From Nitrospirota bacterium (lineage in GTDB: Bacteria > Nitrospirota > Nitrospiria > Nitrospirales > NS-4): DNA of 64,000 bases. The notes under the pieces are model-generated. The model saw only the letters and a list, made by a program, of their open reading frames with translations. It was not told where the DNA came from and did no database searches. Of the stretch, positions 30,341 through 42,014 are shown piece after piece. The position numbers were made by a program, and so were the translations under genes. Numbering within the stretch: position 1 is the stretch's first letter; every line of letters begins with the position of its first letter. The stretch is from positions 160,001 through 224,000 of the forward strand of contig CAWBGA010000017.1 in assembly GCA_963788195.1 (NCBI GenBank), in the 5' to 3' direction.

Positions 30341-30919
30341 TTACCGACTCCGCAACAAGTCCCGAATGCCGCTACGAGCCTCGGCATCATTCCAATCTCG
30401 CGCCCCGAAGATCTGATGACTGATGATGCCGTCCCTGTTCACCAAAAACGTGACAGGCAGGGAGTGCACCCCATAGCGGCGACTCACGAGCATGTCGGGA
30501 TCATGGGCGATGGTGAAGCTCAACCCCAACGCATCGCGATATGGGCGCGTCACGGCCGCCCCTTCGGGGTCGGATGACACTGCCACGATGGCAAACCCTT
30601 TCGGCCGAAACTCGCGATAGAGCTTCTCCATGGCCGGCATCTCGATTTTGCAAGGACCACACCACGTCGCCCAGAAATTCAGAAAAACCAGATGACCGCG
30701 ATAATCGGATAGCCGTATTTCTCGCCCATCCAACGTATGCAGGTTGAAATCTGGCGCTGTATGCCCGACGCGAGGCACCTCCGCCAACGCAGCCACGTCG
30801 CCGGCTTGAGTCTCGCGGGTATCCGCCGTTGCCGCTTCTCTTCCATTGGCATTGCTCACAGGATCCGCATCGCATGAAATGAGGCTGACGGCAAGGACTA
30901 TCAGCAGCAGAGACCGCAC
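30341..30919 (-). CDS. TlpA/ResA-like thiol-disulfide oxidoreductase
   Basis: NFWATWCGPCKIEMP. Confidence 0.92.
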   Translation of the reverse strand: MRSLLLIVLAVSLISCDADPVSNANGREAATADTRETQAGDVAALAEVPRVGHTAPDFNLHTLDGREIRLSDYRGHLVFLNFWATWCGPCKIEMPAMEKLYREFRPKGFAIVAVSSDPEGAAVTRPYRDALGLSFTIAHDPDMLVSRRYGVHSLPVTFLVNRDGIISHQIFGARDWNDAEARSGIRDLLRSR

Positions 30920-30922
30920 CGT

Positions 30923-31552
30923 TTACTTGGCTTTCACAGACTTGGGTTGCTTATGCACAAGCTGCACAATGGTCGTGACATTGGCTTTATCGGTCCAGTC
31001 TCTCGGCCCGATCACCTTCTCGCGCAGCACGCCGTTCTGATCAATGATGTAGGTCTCCGGGACACCCATGAGCTTATAGCGTTTGTCGGTCTGCCCCCAT
31101 GAGTCGGTGAGAATCGGAAAGGTCAGCTTCATGCTTTCAATGAACGATGGAATATCCTTTTTGGTCGTAACGCGGTCCATGCTTATCGCCAGCATGACGA
31201 AATCTTCGGATTTGAAGTTCTCCCAAAGGATCTCCATCGACGGCATTTCTTCCTTGCATGGTTTGCACCAGGTTGCCCAAAAATTGAGGAAGACCACCTT
31301 CCCGCGATAGTCAGACAGGCGCCGGGTCTTGCCCTCCATGTCTGGGAGGCTGAAATCAGGCGCCGTCATACCTAGCGTCAGCGGTTCATACTTTGAGCTC
31401 TGAAGCCACACGACGCCGAACGCAAGGGCCAGGATCAGCAACCCACCCAGCGCGACGGTCAGGCGCCGTCTTGGGGAGAATGCGCCCGCAGAAAGCGTAC
31501 CCCCAGGCGAATCCAACGGGGGCTGCCCGGTGCCCGCGTCAACCTCAGGCAT
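30923..31552 (-). CDS. TlpA/ResA-like thiol-disulfide oxidoreductase (membrane anchored)
   Basis: NFWATWCKPCKEEMP and GVPETY. Start taken at MPEVDAG. Confidence 0.9.
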   Translation of the reverse strand: MPEVDAGTGQPPLDSPGGTLSAGAFSPRRRLTVALGGLLILALAFGVVWLQSSKYEPLTLGMTAPDFSLPDMEGKTRRLSDYRGKVVFLNFWATWCKPCKEEMPSMEILWENFKSEDFVMLAISMDRVTTKKDIPSFIESMKLTFPILTDSWGQTDKRYKLMGVPETYIIDQNGVLREKVIGPRDWTDKANVTTIVQLVHKQPKSVKAK

Positions 31553-32449
31553 AAGCATGCAACCCAGACAGCAGGAAGTTGACACCCCAAAAACAGAACA
31601 CCACCATGAGGAAGCCGAAGATCTGATACATTGCGGCGCGGTGTCCCTCCCATCCACGGTTCATGCGCGCGTGTATATATGCTCCATAAATCAACCAGAC
31701 GATCAGCGACCAGGTTTCTTTCGGATCCCAGGACCAGTAACCGCCCCAGGCGTAGTTGGCCCACATAGCCCCGAGGATAATTCCGAAGGCTAACAACGGA
31801 AATCCGATCATGACAGCCTTGTAGCCTAGCTCATCAATCTTCTCGAGACTCGGAAGGCTGGCATAGAATCCGGCGGTACTTCCACGACGCTCCGCGCGTT
31901 CCTTCAGGAGGTACATGACACCCAAGCCCCCTGCCATTGCGAAAGCCGCATAACTTGTCAAGGTGATCGACACGTGGATGTAAATCCAATAGCTGTTCAG
32001 CGCTGGGACCAGCGGCTCGGCTGTCTGATAACGATAGGGCAGCAGCGAGGCCGCTCCCATCGCAATGAAGCCCACAGAGACGACGAAGACGCCAATCGAC
32101 TTTATCTTATACTTCATTTCAAGCAGCAGATACCCGGCGATAATCGCGAATGAGACGTACGCCATAGCTTCAAATTGATTAGACCACGGTGCGAAGGTGC
32201 CGGAGAGCTGCATCCGCTCATACGCTCGAGTGCCGAGGGCCAGGCCGTTCACAATGAGCCCAAAGGCCGTCACCCATGTCGCGAGCTGCCCGATCGGCTC
32301 CGCCCAGCCGGATCTGCGGGCGCTGAGGGATGGCCCGCAGGCGCCGTTTGCAAGACCGATCCCGCCGCGAAAATATAGCCGAAGTACAGGCAGACCGCTG
32401 CCAGATAGAGCCAGAATGTCACATCGAAAAGAAACAGCGAATGGAACAT
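31545..32449 (-). CDS. ccsA: Cytochrome c assembly protein CcsA/ResC (system II); indel near 32310
   Basis: WWD motif WANYAWGGYWSWDPKETW. Own RBS GGGGGAG and ATG at 32449 (MFHSLFLFDVTFWLYL...) in an alternative frame. Confidence 0.88.
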
Positions 32450-32458
32450 GACTCCCCC

Positions 32459-33872
32459 TTACGCTGAACGCCGACCGCAGTAATTCTACTCGCTCGGCAA
32501 GTTTCTTAAATTCGCGGTCGAAATCGATCTGGCCTTTGTACGCCGTGCCACCCAGGTAAACAGTGACGCCACTGGCTGCCGGCACGATTTTCGCCCACAC
32601 GCGGCGATGGTAGATCGTCGCGGACAGCATGACGCCCACGACCAGGAGCGTCGAACCGATCCATACGATGATGACGCCCGGATCCTTTGCGATCTGCAGA
32701 CCCGTAAATTTTTTGGTGAGATACCCGGTTAGTTCGAACTTATATTTCGAACCTTGGATCTCAAAGAGATCCGGAAAGTTATAGAAAATCCAGGGGGCGG
32801 GCAGCGAATGCTCATACTCCGTGATCGCCAGCTTGATCGCAGGGTTTCCGTGCTCAACGGTTTTGGAATAGACGCGACGGTCTTTCGCATCAAAGCCAAA
32901 GTCCGCGACAAAGTCCGTCAACTGCAGCTTGAGTCCAAGATCTTTGAGCGTCGCCTCTTTCTGCCAGTCGAGAATGGCCTCGCCCACCACCTTGTCGGTC
33001 GCCTTTTCCTTCACCACGATCCGGGCTTTCTCCACACGGTCCCAGGAATCGCCGTAACTGGACTGGTAGAACCAGATCCCTTTATACACCAACGGATCGT
33101 TGACCGTGATGGTCTTCGTGAGCTGGTTTTCACCATTCTCAATGATTGTCAGAGTGCTGTTGTATGACTTCACAGCACCGTTGTCGTAATAATCAATCCA
33201 GAACTTATCGACGTGCAGATCGAAGTTGCCTTGGGGTATGTGATAGGTCTGACCTTCCAGGCATACGCCGAAATCCCGAAACCCAAGAGTCGTGCCGAGC
33301 AAGCCTCCTAAGACGATCACGGTGACGCTCAGGTGGGCGACATGAGCGGATACGCGCCCAAGAATACCCTTGGTCGCGTAGATCGTTGTGTCGGCTTCCC
33401 CCTTGTTGAACAGGACCCGATACCCTTGCTGTGCAAATCCCAGGGCTATCTCTTCGGTCACCCGGTTACGGTCAGCCGGTAATTCGAGCGTCAGGGACCG
33501 CTTTAAATTCCGTATGAAGGGGACCGTGACATTCACTTTGTCCTGGCGGATCGACCGCCAAATCGCGGGAAACCGCTGATGAAAGCAGGTCAGCGAGTTC
33601 ACGCACAGCAACACCAAAATCGATGTAAACCACCACTGATGATAGACGTCCGTCAGGCCGAGCTTCGTGAACCACCAGTAAGCATTTTCACCATATTCCT
33701 TGATGTAAACGTCCGGTTGTTCTCCCTGTTGAATAACGGTACCCACCGTCGATGTGATTGCGAGGGTAATCATCAAAAAGATGGCGAGTTTCAGGGAACT
33801 GAAGAATTCGGCAAAGGCATCGCCAAACTCTTTGAAACTGAAGGGCTTTGCAGCCTCCGCATGCTCTGTCAA
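32459..33872 (-). CDS. resB: Cytochrome c biogenesis protein ResB/CcsB (system II); indel near 32470
   Basis: SSLKLAI, GTVIQQ, HVAHLS, ITVNDPL.YKG..FYQSSY and TGLQIAKDPG motifs. Probable natural TAA at 32459-32461. Confidence 0.88.
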
Positions 33873-33907
33873 TTAATACCCCTTTTGTGGCGGGCGAGAG
33901 TTGATTC

Positions 33908-33937
33908 ATCCTACAAGGCGCAGACTTGGAGTGTCAA
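33908..33937 (-). promoter_or_regulatory. Putative sigma70 promoter for the resB operon
   Basis: TTGACA-18 nt-TAGGAT on the minus strand. Confidence 0.55.
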
Positions 33938-33980
33938 GGCGAATGGCGGCAGACTAACCCTTTTGGTAGTCAAATTTGCA

Positions 33981-34010
33981 TTGACAACCAGGCACTTATC
34001 TCGCTACGCT
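33981..34010 (+). promoter_or_regulatory. Putative sigma70 promoter for metK-ahcY
   Basis: TTGACA-18 nt-TACGCT. Confidence 0.5.
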
Positions 34011-34065
34011 GAGGCGCTTCCACGATAGAAATTTCGAACACCCATTCAGCCATGAGGACTAATCC

Positions 34066-35220
34066 ATGAGCCATAACAATTTCCTGTTTACGTCCGAATC
34101 CGTCACGGAAGGCCATCCCGACAAAATCGCCGATCAGATTTCAGACGGCATTCTTGATGCCTTGATTGCCAAGGACAAGCACTCCCGCGTCGCCTGCGAG
34201 ACGATGCTGACCACCGGAATCGCGTTCGTGGCCGGGGAAATCAGCACGAAAGCCTATGTCGAGATCCCCGATATCATCCGCGAGACCATCAAGGCAGTCG
34301 GCTACTGCGATGCGACCTGGGGATTCGACTACTGCACCTGCTCGGTCCTGACCTCCATCCATCAGCAGTCCGGTGATATCGCGATGGGGGTGGATTCTGG
34401 AGGGGCCGGTGATCAGGGATTGATGTTCGGCTATGCCTCGAATGAGACGCCTGAGTTGATGCCCATGCCGATCGTGCTGGCCCACCGCCTCACGCGCCGC
34501 CTCGCAGAAGTAAGGAAGAAGGGGATCCTCCCGTGGGTGCGCCCCGACGGCAAATCGCAGGTGACCATCGAATATCGCGACGGAAAGCCGGTGCGGGTGG
34601 ACACGATCGTCGTCTCGACTCAGCACAGCCCGGACGTGACCGCCAAGAAGATCGAGCAAGAAGTCATCGAGAAGGTCATCAAGCCCGTCATGCCGGCAAA
34701 AATCTTTGATGCGATGAGCGTGAAGTTCTACATCAATCCGACCGGCCGCTTCGTCATCGGCGGGCCCATGGGCGATACGGGGCTGACAGGTCGGAAAATC
34801 ATCGTGGATACGTACGGCGGCGTGGGGAGCCATGGCGGCGGGGCGTTCTCCGGCAAAGATCCGAGCAAGGTGGACCGTTCCGCATCCTACATGGCCCGCT
34901 ACATTGCGAAGAACATCGTCGCGGCCGGCCTCGCGGAACAATGTGAGATCCAGCTTGCATACGCGATCGGCATCCCCGAGCCGGTCTCCATTCTCATTAA
35001 TACGAAGGGCACGGAGCATGTGGATCTTGATATCATCGACAAGTTGGTCCGCCGACACTTTCCCCTCACACCGCGCGGTATCATCGATCATCTAAAACTG
35101 CTGCGGCCTATTTACAAGGCGACCGCCGCGTACGGGCACTTCGGGCGAAACGAACCCGGATTTACCTGGGAGCGGACGGACCTGGCTCGAGTCCTCAAGA
35201 AGGACGCCGGCTTGCGATAA
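34066..35220 (+). CDS. metK: S-adenosylmethionine synthetase
   Basis: [19 protein letters not shown] and [16 protein letters not shown]. Confidence 0.98.
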   Translation: MSHNNFLFTSESVTEGHPDKIADQISDGILDALIAKDKHSRVACETMLTTGIAFVAGEISTKAYVEIPDIIRETIKAVGYCDATWGFDYCTCSVLTSIHQQSGDIAMGVDSGGAGDQGLMFGYASNETPELMPMPIVLAHRLTRRLAEVRKKGILPWVRPDGKSQVTIEYRDGKPVRVDTIVVSTQHSPDVTAKKIEQEVIEKVIKPVMPAKIFDAMSVKFYINPTGRFVIGGPMGDTGLTGRKIIVDTYGGVGSHGGGAFSGKDPSKVDRSASYMARYIAKNIVAAGLAEQCEIQLAYAIGIPEPVSILINTKGTEHVDLDIIDKLVRRHFPLTPRGIIDHLKLLRPIYKATAAYGHFGRNEPGFTWERTDLARVLKKDAGLR

Positions 35221-35235
35221 TTACCTGTAATCATC

Positions 35236-36565
<1,330 letters not shown>

Positions 36566-36589
36566 AGCAAACGGTCAGGGCCCCGGGAG

Positions 36590-37447
36590 CTATGGGATCT
36601 CGGCTGGCTTCAGCGTCTTGCCGTCAAATTTGATTCGCGATCCCGGTTCCATATAAAGATACCCGATCCCCCTTTTCGTCACTTCCTCGCTGAAAAGCTT
36701 CGCATCCTGCGTCAATACCGGAAACGTCCGGTAGTGATGCGGGACTGCGAATTTTGCCCGCACGCTGGCCGCAGCGCGGGCCGCCAGCGGCGGCTCCATG
36801 CCGAAGTGGCCCCCGATATTGATGAGCGCCACATCCGGTTGATACTGCTCTCCGATCAGCTCCATATCCTTGAAGTAAGCCGTGTCGCCCGTGTGATAAA
36901 TCGTCGGACCGTTCTTGATCTGGAGCACAAATCCTCCTGGGTTACCGCCGTACTCAATGTCCGGATCCTGTTCCTTGGCATACGGATTTCCCATGCCGCT
37001 GGAATGAATCGCCGGCGTCATCGCGACCAGGACCTCGCCGTTCGCGATCGTGATTTCACCACCGATGTTCATCAACGAATCAAATCCCATCTGCCCTTTG
37101 GGATAGCCGTGCAGCTTCTTCAGATTCGTCCCTAGCTCAAAATTCGTGATCAAGCGCGCGCCCGTCTTTTTTGCGACGGCTACTGCATCCCCCACATGAT
37201 CGAAATGCCCATGCGTGATCAGGATGTAATCTGCTTTTTTAACCTCTGCCACCGGATCCTTATTATCCTGGGCCTTGGGGTTCAGCGGATTTTTCAGCCA
37301 TGGGTCAATGAAAAGGACCACGCCATTGGGCGTCACGATCTCAAAGGCTGCATGACCGTGCCATATCAGAGTCGTCTCCGCACTAGCAGCACTCACGGTC
37401 GTGAACACGAAGATTGCGGTCAACATGTATCGTTTGATCTCTTTCAT
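36590..37447 (-). CDS. Exported metal-dependent hydrolase, metallo-beta-lactamase fold (UPF0173-like)
   Basis: WHGHA, THGHFDH and YHTGDT motifs; signal peptide; GGAGGAG RBS. Confidence 0.9.
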   Translation of the reverse strand: MKEIKRYMLTAIFVFTTVSAASAETTLIWHGHAAFEIVTPNGVVLFIDPWLKNPLNPKAQDNKDPVAEVKKADYILITHGHFDHVGDAVAVAKKTGARLITNFELGTNLKKLHGYPKGQMGFDSLMNIGGEITIANGEVLVAMTPAIHSSGMGNPYAKEQDPDIEYGGNPGGFVLQIKNGPTIYHTGDTAYFKDMELIGEQYQPDVALINIGGHFGMEPPLAARAAASVRAKFAVPHHYRTFPVLTQDAKLFSEEVTKRGIGYLYMEPGSRIKFDGKTLKPAEIP

Positions 37448-37598
37448 CTCACTCCTCCTCTGGAAGTGAGGGTAATTTGACTCGAACCACGTCCGAAAAT
37501 GCAACTACGAATGCGTCGAAGGTGGAGTCGGTGATGTCACCGGCCGGAAACCCCTGATTTGCCTTGATCTTTGGCCCTTTTCTGCCGATAAGAACGTA

Positions 37599-39140
37599 AT
37601 GACAACCCATGCAGAAGCCAAGATCTCGAAGGCCACTCTCCTCGCCACGGTCAAGCAAAAGCTCCGTGATCAGCAGCTGCCGGTTCTACGCAAGACGGTC
37701 ACGCGTATCAGCGCCCTGGCCTCGACCCTGAAAAGCGACATTGGCCAGCTCGCCCAGACAATCCTTCAGGACCAGCCCTTCACGGCCAAAGTGCTAGCCG
37801 TCGCGAATAGTCCCTACTACAAGCACAATCCCGAGCCCGTCACGACGATCACGCGAGCAATCATCCAGGTCGGCTATAGCGCCCTGCGGGACATTGCGGT
37901 TGCCGCTCAGTTTACTGAGATGGCGCAAAAGCGCATGCCGAGCGGGATCAATCTGCATAACCTCCTGGCCAAGGCCTTTGTTGCCGCCCACCATGCCAAG
38001 AACGTGAGCGAAAGCCTTAATGCTCCGCATGCCGAACAGATCTTCACGCACACGCTCCTCCGAAACATCGGCGACTTTGCCCTCGCGTATTACATGCCGC
38101 AGGAGTTCCGGGAGATCGACAAATTGAGGCGGGCCGAAGGCCTGCTCGCAGATGCCGCCTATCAACAGGTCCTCGGCATCACTTCGCAGGACTTCAGGAT
38201 GGCCTTCATCGAAGCCTACGGCCTTCCGTCCGAGCTTGCCGGGCCCATGCCCAACTGGGCGAACGCCAAGAACTGGAGTGATAAGGAGCGCATGCAGGCC
38301 ATCGCCGACGTCGCAAATGAGGTCACGTCAATTCTGTTTACACAGCCTCCCGGCGCCAACGCGTGCCTGAATGAATTGGTGGAAAAAGCCAGTCAGGCGT
38401 TCGATTTGAAGGCGACGGATTTGGAATTGTTGATCGTACAAGGTTTCCAGAAGGCCTGCACCTTGGGGCAAAGCTTAGGTCTTGATCCTGTCTCCTTCGT
38501 TCCTGCTGTACCGGAGGCCATACCGGTGAACCACGTCCTGCATCCGTTGATCGATTCCTGCATCAATATCGTCGAGCCGTTACTCGCAGCCAGTCTCGAT
38601 CAGCCCATGGTCTCCCCCGCTCCCGAATCACTCGGATCGGCGGGCCTGCTCGTCAGCATCCTCATGGACCTCACAAATCACCTCATGACAGCGCCGGACT
38701 TCAATACGGTGTTGACCTGCGTGCTCGAGGGTCTCCACCGTGCAGTGGGTTTTGATCATGCGATCGTGGTGCTGACGGTGCCCGGCAAAACCACCGCCGA
38801 AGGACGCTCGGGGGTCGGCGCTGATATTCCCGCCTTACTTCCCCTCTTCAGCGTCTCAACGAATCCATCCTCCAATCTCCTGGCCCATTGCATGGCAGGC
38901 AAGATTCCCATGCGACTTAGCGCAGGGCAACCTCACACGCCATCATTGCCACCTGCCGTCATGAATGCAATCCAGCCGACCGGCATTGCCCTCGCGCCAC
39001 TGTATACGTCAAATCGCGTCATTGGCTTGATCTGGGCAGATCGCAAGGACGACGACATCGACGATGCAATGTGGAAGTCGTTTCAATTGTTCGCGATGCA
39101 GGCCAATCTCGCGCTCATACGGTTGACCAGCAAAGGCTGA
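37599..39140 (+). CDS. HDOD-domain signalling protein with C-terminal GAF-like domain
   Basis: ILQDQPFTAKVLAVANSPYY and VTTITRAI (HDOD); C-terminal LAPLY....VIGLIWADR (GAF-like). Confidence 0.85.
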   Translation: MTTHAEAKISKATLLATVKQKLRDQQLPVLRKTVTRISALASTLKSDIGQLAQTILQDQPFTAKVLAVANSPYYKHNPEPVTTITRAIIQVGYSALRDIAVAAQFTEMAQKRMPSGINLHNLLAKAFVAAHHAKNVSESLNAPHAEQIFTHTLLRNIGDFALAYYMPQEFREIDKLRRAEGLLADAAYQQVLGITSQDFRMAFIEAYGLPSELAGPMPNWANAKNWSDKERMQAIADVANEVTSILFTQPPGANACLNELVEKASQAFDLKATDLELLIVQGFQKACTLGQSLGLDPVSFVPAVPEAIPVNHVLHPLIDSCINIVEPLLAASLDQPMVSPAPESLGSAGLLVSILMDLTNHLMTAPDFNTVLTCVLEGLHRAVGFDHAIVVLTVPGKTTAEGRSGVGADIPALLPLFSVSTNPSSNLLAHCMAGKIPMRLSAGQPHTPSLPPAVMNAIQPTGIALAPLYTSNRVIGLIWADRKDDDIDDAMWKSFQLFAMQANLALIRLTSKG

Positions 39141-39195
39141 ATCGTCGGCTGCCACTTTTGCTGAGGGAGGTCCCCGCTCAAGAGGAATGGACTGT

Positions 39196-39213
39196 TCTCA
39201 TTGCATAATGAGA
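39196..39213. promoter_or_regulatory. Palindromic operator-like site TCTCATT-gcat-AATGAGA
   Basis: Perfect 7-bp inverted repeat with a 4-nt spacer, just upstream of the structured region. Confidence 0.4.
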
Positions 39214-39221
39214 GAGTGAAT

Positions 39222-39340
39222 CTAGGCTAAGAGATGGCGCATCCTGGAAGGGTGCAGGATCGGATCGAAAGCTGAAAGGTGGACGATCCAAGCTGCAACC
39301 CGTCGGGGGTCCGACACCGTCCCTTAGCCGCTATTTTTTT
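39222..39340 (+). ncRNA. Candidate structured RNA element 1 (multibranch, ends in U-tract)
   Basis: GGCTAAGAGATGG (from 39225) pairs with CCGTCCCTTAGCC (to 39329). Internal hairpins GCATCC/GGGTGC and GGATCG/CGATCC. Followed by T7. Confidence 0.45.
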
Positions 39341-39392
39341 CAACAGATTCTCACCCCGATTCCCACGCCACAGTTGGTTAGTTGTAAGGTCC

Positions 39393-39739
39393 CATCGCCC
39401 GCTCCTTTCCATTTCCTTGAACTAATGCCAGTAGACCCCGCTGCACCGGGCCCCCCAGGAGGTAGCAATCCGGCAGACTCTAGGTCTGTGCAGATATCCA
39501 GGCGGGCGGGGCTGATATACGGAAAACGGAGTTTGTCCCTCGGGTACAAAGTCCTGCCTATGCAGGCTTTCAGGGGCAGAGGGCGGGTGCCCTGCAAGAT
39601 CGAAACTCCAGGCCACGGAGGAACGACGCTCGTCACGGGGCTACAGGAATGCCTCGATCCGGGGCACCCGCTTGTCTTCCGTTGCAAGGCGGTCGAATGT
39701 TCGGCAGGGCGGGCGGGTGTAATCTCAGCCCATTTTTTT
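39393..39739 (+). ncRNA. Candidate large structured RNA element 2 (~340 nt), family unrecognised
   Basis: Nested helices listed in the finding, with many G-U pairs on the + strand; terminator-like hairpin plus T7 at 39711-39739. Confidence 0.5.
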
Positions 39740-39807
39740 CTTTCCTTCGCTTATCACTTAAGTGTATCCTTGAGACTGATTCATTAATCACAATACCGGC
39801 CTGACAG

Positions 39808-40888
39808 ATGTCCGCCTCCCCGCTCAAGAAACCACGTTCCGCATCAATGCCCGGTCCGGAGGACCGTGAGGACAGTTTTCAGCCCCTCCTCGAGCGCTAT
39901 CACAGCCTGCACCAGAAGTTCCTGGAGTCTCAACAGGTCTTTCAATCCCTCAAGGCTCAATTCGACAAGATCAGCGTAGCCTCACGCCAGGCGGTGATTG
40001 AATCGCCACAGGACATTAGAAGATCATCCAGAAATCTTCAGGGCGAACTTCAAAAAGGAGGCGAGGCGAGCACACAGCTTGCGGATTGCGTTCATGAACT
40101 CACAAAGGAGCTCGAGGAAACCAATCAGAAGTTGAGTCAAGAAATGAGCGCCCGCGCCGGTGCCGAGGAGACAATTCGGCGACGGACCGAGGAATTACTA
40201 CGATCTAATGAGGATCTTGAACGCTTTGCGTATATGGCGTCTCATGATCTCAAAGAGCCGCTTCGAACAGTATCGGCATTCACCAAACTACTCGCGAAGC
40301 GCTATCGACGGCCGGCTCGATGACGATGCGGATGACTTCATGCAATATATGTTGGATGGCATTCAGCGCATGGAGCAGCTGATCACGGACGTCTTAATCT
40401 ATTGCAGGGTCGGCTCGGGCGAAATCACACGCCGCCGGACTGATTTAAACGAGATCGTCGATCGCGCCGTGGAGAATCTAAAAGAAGCCATTCAGGAGAG
40501 CAACGCACAGGTAGGTCATGCCCGCCTGCCCGTCGTGCTCGGCAACGAGAGCGAACTGCTTCAGATTTTTCAGAATCTGCTCGGCAATGCCATCAAATTC
40601 CACGGGCCTGAGCCTCCGGTCGTGACAGTGTCGGCCGAGCGGCGGGATAGTGAGTGGGTGCTGGCCGTTGAGGATAATGGCATCGGCATCGAGCCCCGAT
40701 ATGCCGGCAAGATTTTTGAGTTATTCACGCGGCTCAACACCATTGCCGACTATCCGGGTTCCGGGATCGGATTGGCCACGTGTAAGAAGGCGGTTGAACA
40801 CCATGGCGGGCGCATTTTTCTCAAGCCCCAGTCGAATAGCGGCGCGACATTCTATTTCACTCTTCCCTGTCGCCCTGACGTCCCGTAA
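39808..40888 (+). CDS. Cytoplasmic sensor histidine kinase with coiled-coil N-terminus; indel near 40310
   Basis: H-box FAYMASHDLKEPLR; N-box QNLLGNAIKF; DNGIGI and GSGIGLATCKK in ORF 40160..40888. Confidence 0.88.
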
Positions 40889-40928
40889 ATTGTTCTCGGA
40901 ATCTGCCCTGCTGGGCTAACGATCTTCC

Positions 40929-41096
40929 CTAGCTGGGAAGCGGCTCGACAATTGCGGGGATACCTTCAAAAGGGTCGTCATCGTCATCGTCATCATCGTC
41001 TTCTTCTTCGTTGGGATCAATATTGGGATCAGGATTGGGATCGGGGATGGGACGTGGGCCAGGTTCTGGCTGTCTCTGGATGGTCTCGGTGGGCAC
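40929..41096 (-). CDS. 55-aa acidic, Pro-rich microprotein
   Basis: GTG 3 nt after the sucD stop; MPTETIQRQPEPGPRPIPDPNPDPNIDPNEEEDDDDDDDDDPFEGIPAIVEPLPS*. Mixed GAT/GAC codons. Too short to appear in the ORF track. Confidence 0.5.
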   Translation of the reverse strand: MPTETIQRQPEPGPRPIPDPNPDPNIDPNEEEDDDDDDDDDPFEGIPAIVEPLPS

Positions 41097-41099
41097 GGC

Positions 41100-41987
41100 T
41101 TACATGCCACCTTGGGCTTTGAGCACGTGTTCCACAGTACTGCCTATCTCTGCGGGATTACGAACCACATGCACCCCACAGGTCTCTAGGACCTTCATTT
41201 TTTCAGTGGCGGTACCTTTTCCTCCTGTGATAATCGCACCCGCATGCCCCATGCGTCGTCCCGGCGGCGCTGTAATGCCGGCGATAAAGCTAATCACCGG
41301 CTTTCGCACGTTCTCCTTGATAAATGCCGCCGCACGGTCCTCTGCGTCCCCGCCGATCTCACCGATCATGACGACCGCCTCTGTTTCCTGATCCTTCTCG
41401 AACAGCGCAAGCAATTCAATATACCCCGTCCCGATAATCGGATCACCGCCGATACCGATACAGGTGGTCTCACCGAGGCCGAGGTTTGTCAGTTGGTTGA
41501 CCGCCTCATAGGTCAGCGTGCCGCTACGCGAAATGACACCGACGCGTCCTTTCTTGTGAATGAATCCCGGCATGATGCCGATTTTGCATTCGTCGGCGGT
41601 AATGATGCCGGGGCAATTGGGGCCGATCAGCCTCGTATCCCTCCCTCGTAACGCCCGCTTCACCTTTACCATATCGTTCACCGGTATGCCTTCGGTGATG
41701 CAAATAACCAGCTTGAATACCTGCCTCTGCGGCTTCCAGAATGGCATCCGCGGCGAACGGAGGCGGAACAAAGATCAGCGACACGTCACACTTGCGTCTT
41801 GGTCACCGCATCGCGCACCGTGTTGAAGACCGGAATCCCTTCGACTTCCTGGCCACGCCTTGCCGGGCGTCACCCCTGCGACCACTTGCGTGCCATAAGC
41901 CTTGCATTGCGTCGCATGGAACGAGCCTTCCTTCCCGGTAATACCCTGCACAACCACCCGCGTGTTTTTATTAACAAGAATGCTCAC
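41100..41987 (-). CDS. sucD: Succinyl-CoA synthetase alpha subunit (several indels)
   Basis: [34 protein letters not shown] and RRMGHAGA. Confidence 0.93.
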
Positions 41988-42014
41988 TATCGTCCCCTTC
42001 CGATAAGAATGAGA

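Noticed and set aside
31545..33872. 775-aa ResB-CcsA (CcsBA) fusion
   Set aside because: Natural fusions exist, but here an alternative frame shows TAA, a GGGGGAG RBS and an ATG with a proper first TM helix. Two compensating indels explain the read-through.
34011..34065. SAM riboswitch upstream of metK
   Set aside because: The leader after the predicted promoter is only ~55 nt and shows no recognisable SAM aptamer.
39222..39739. Assignment as RNase P, tmRNA, 6S, SRP, group I/II intron, cobalamin or c-di-GMP riboswitch
   Set aside because: The hallmark sequences (GAGGAAAGUCC, tRNA-like ends, intron domain V, B12 box, GGCAAA...GACGCAAAG) are absent or only partly matched. The short ORFs on both strands also look non-coding.
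40929..41096. Pup/UBact ubiquitin-like tag
   Set aside because: Small and acidic, but it ends in LPS rather than a GE/GQ-type terminus, and no proteasome or ligase genes are adjacent.
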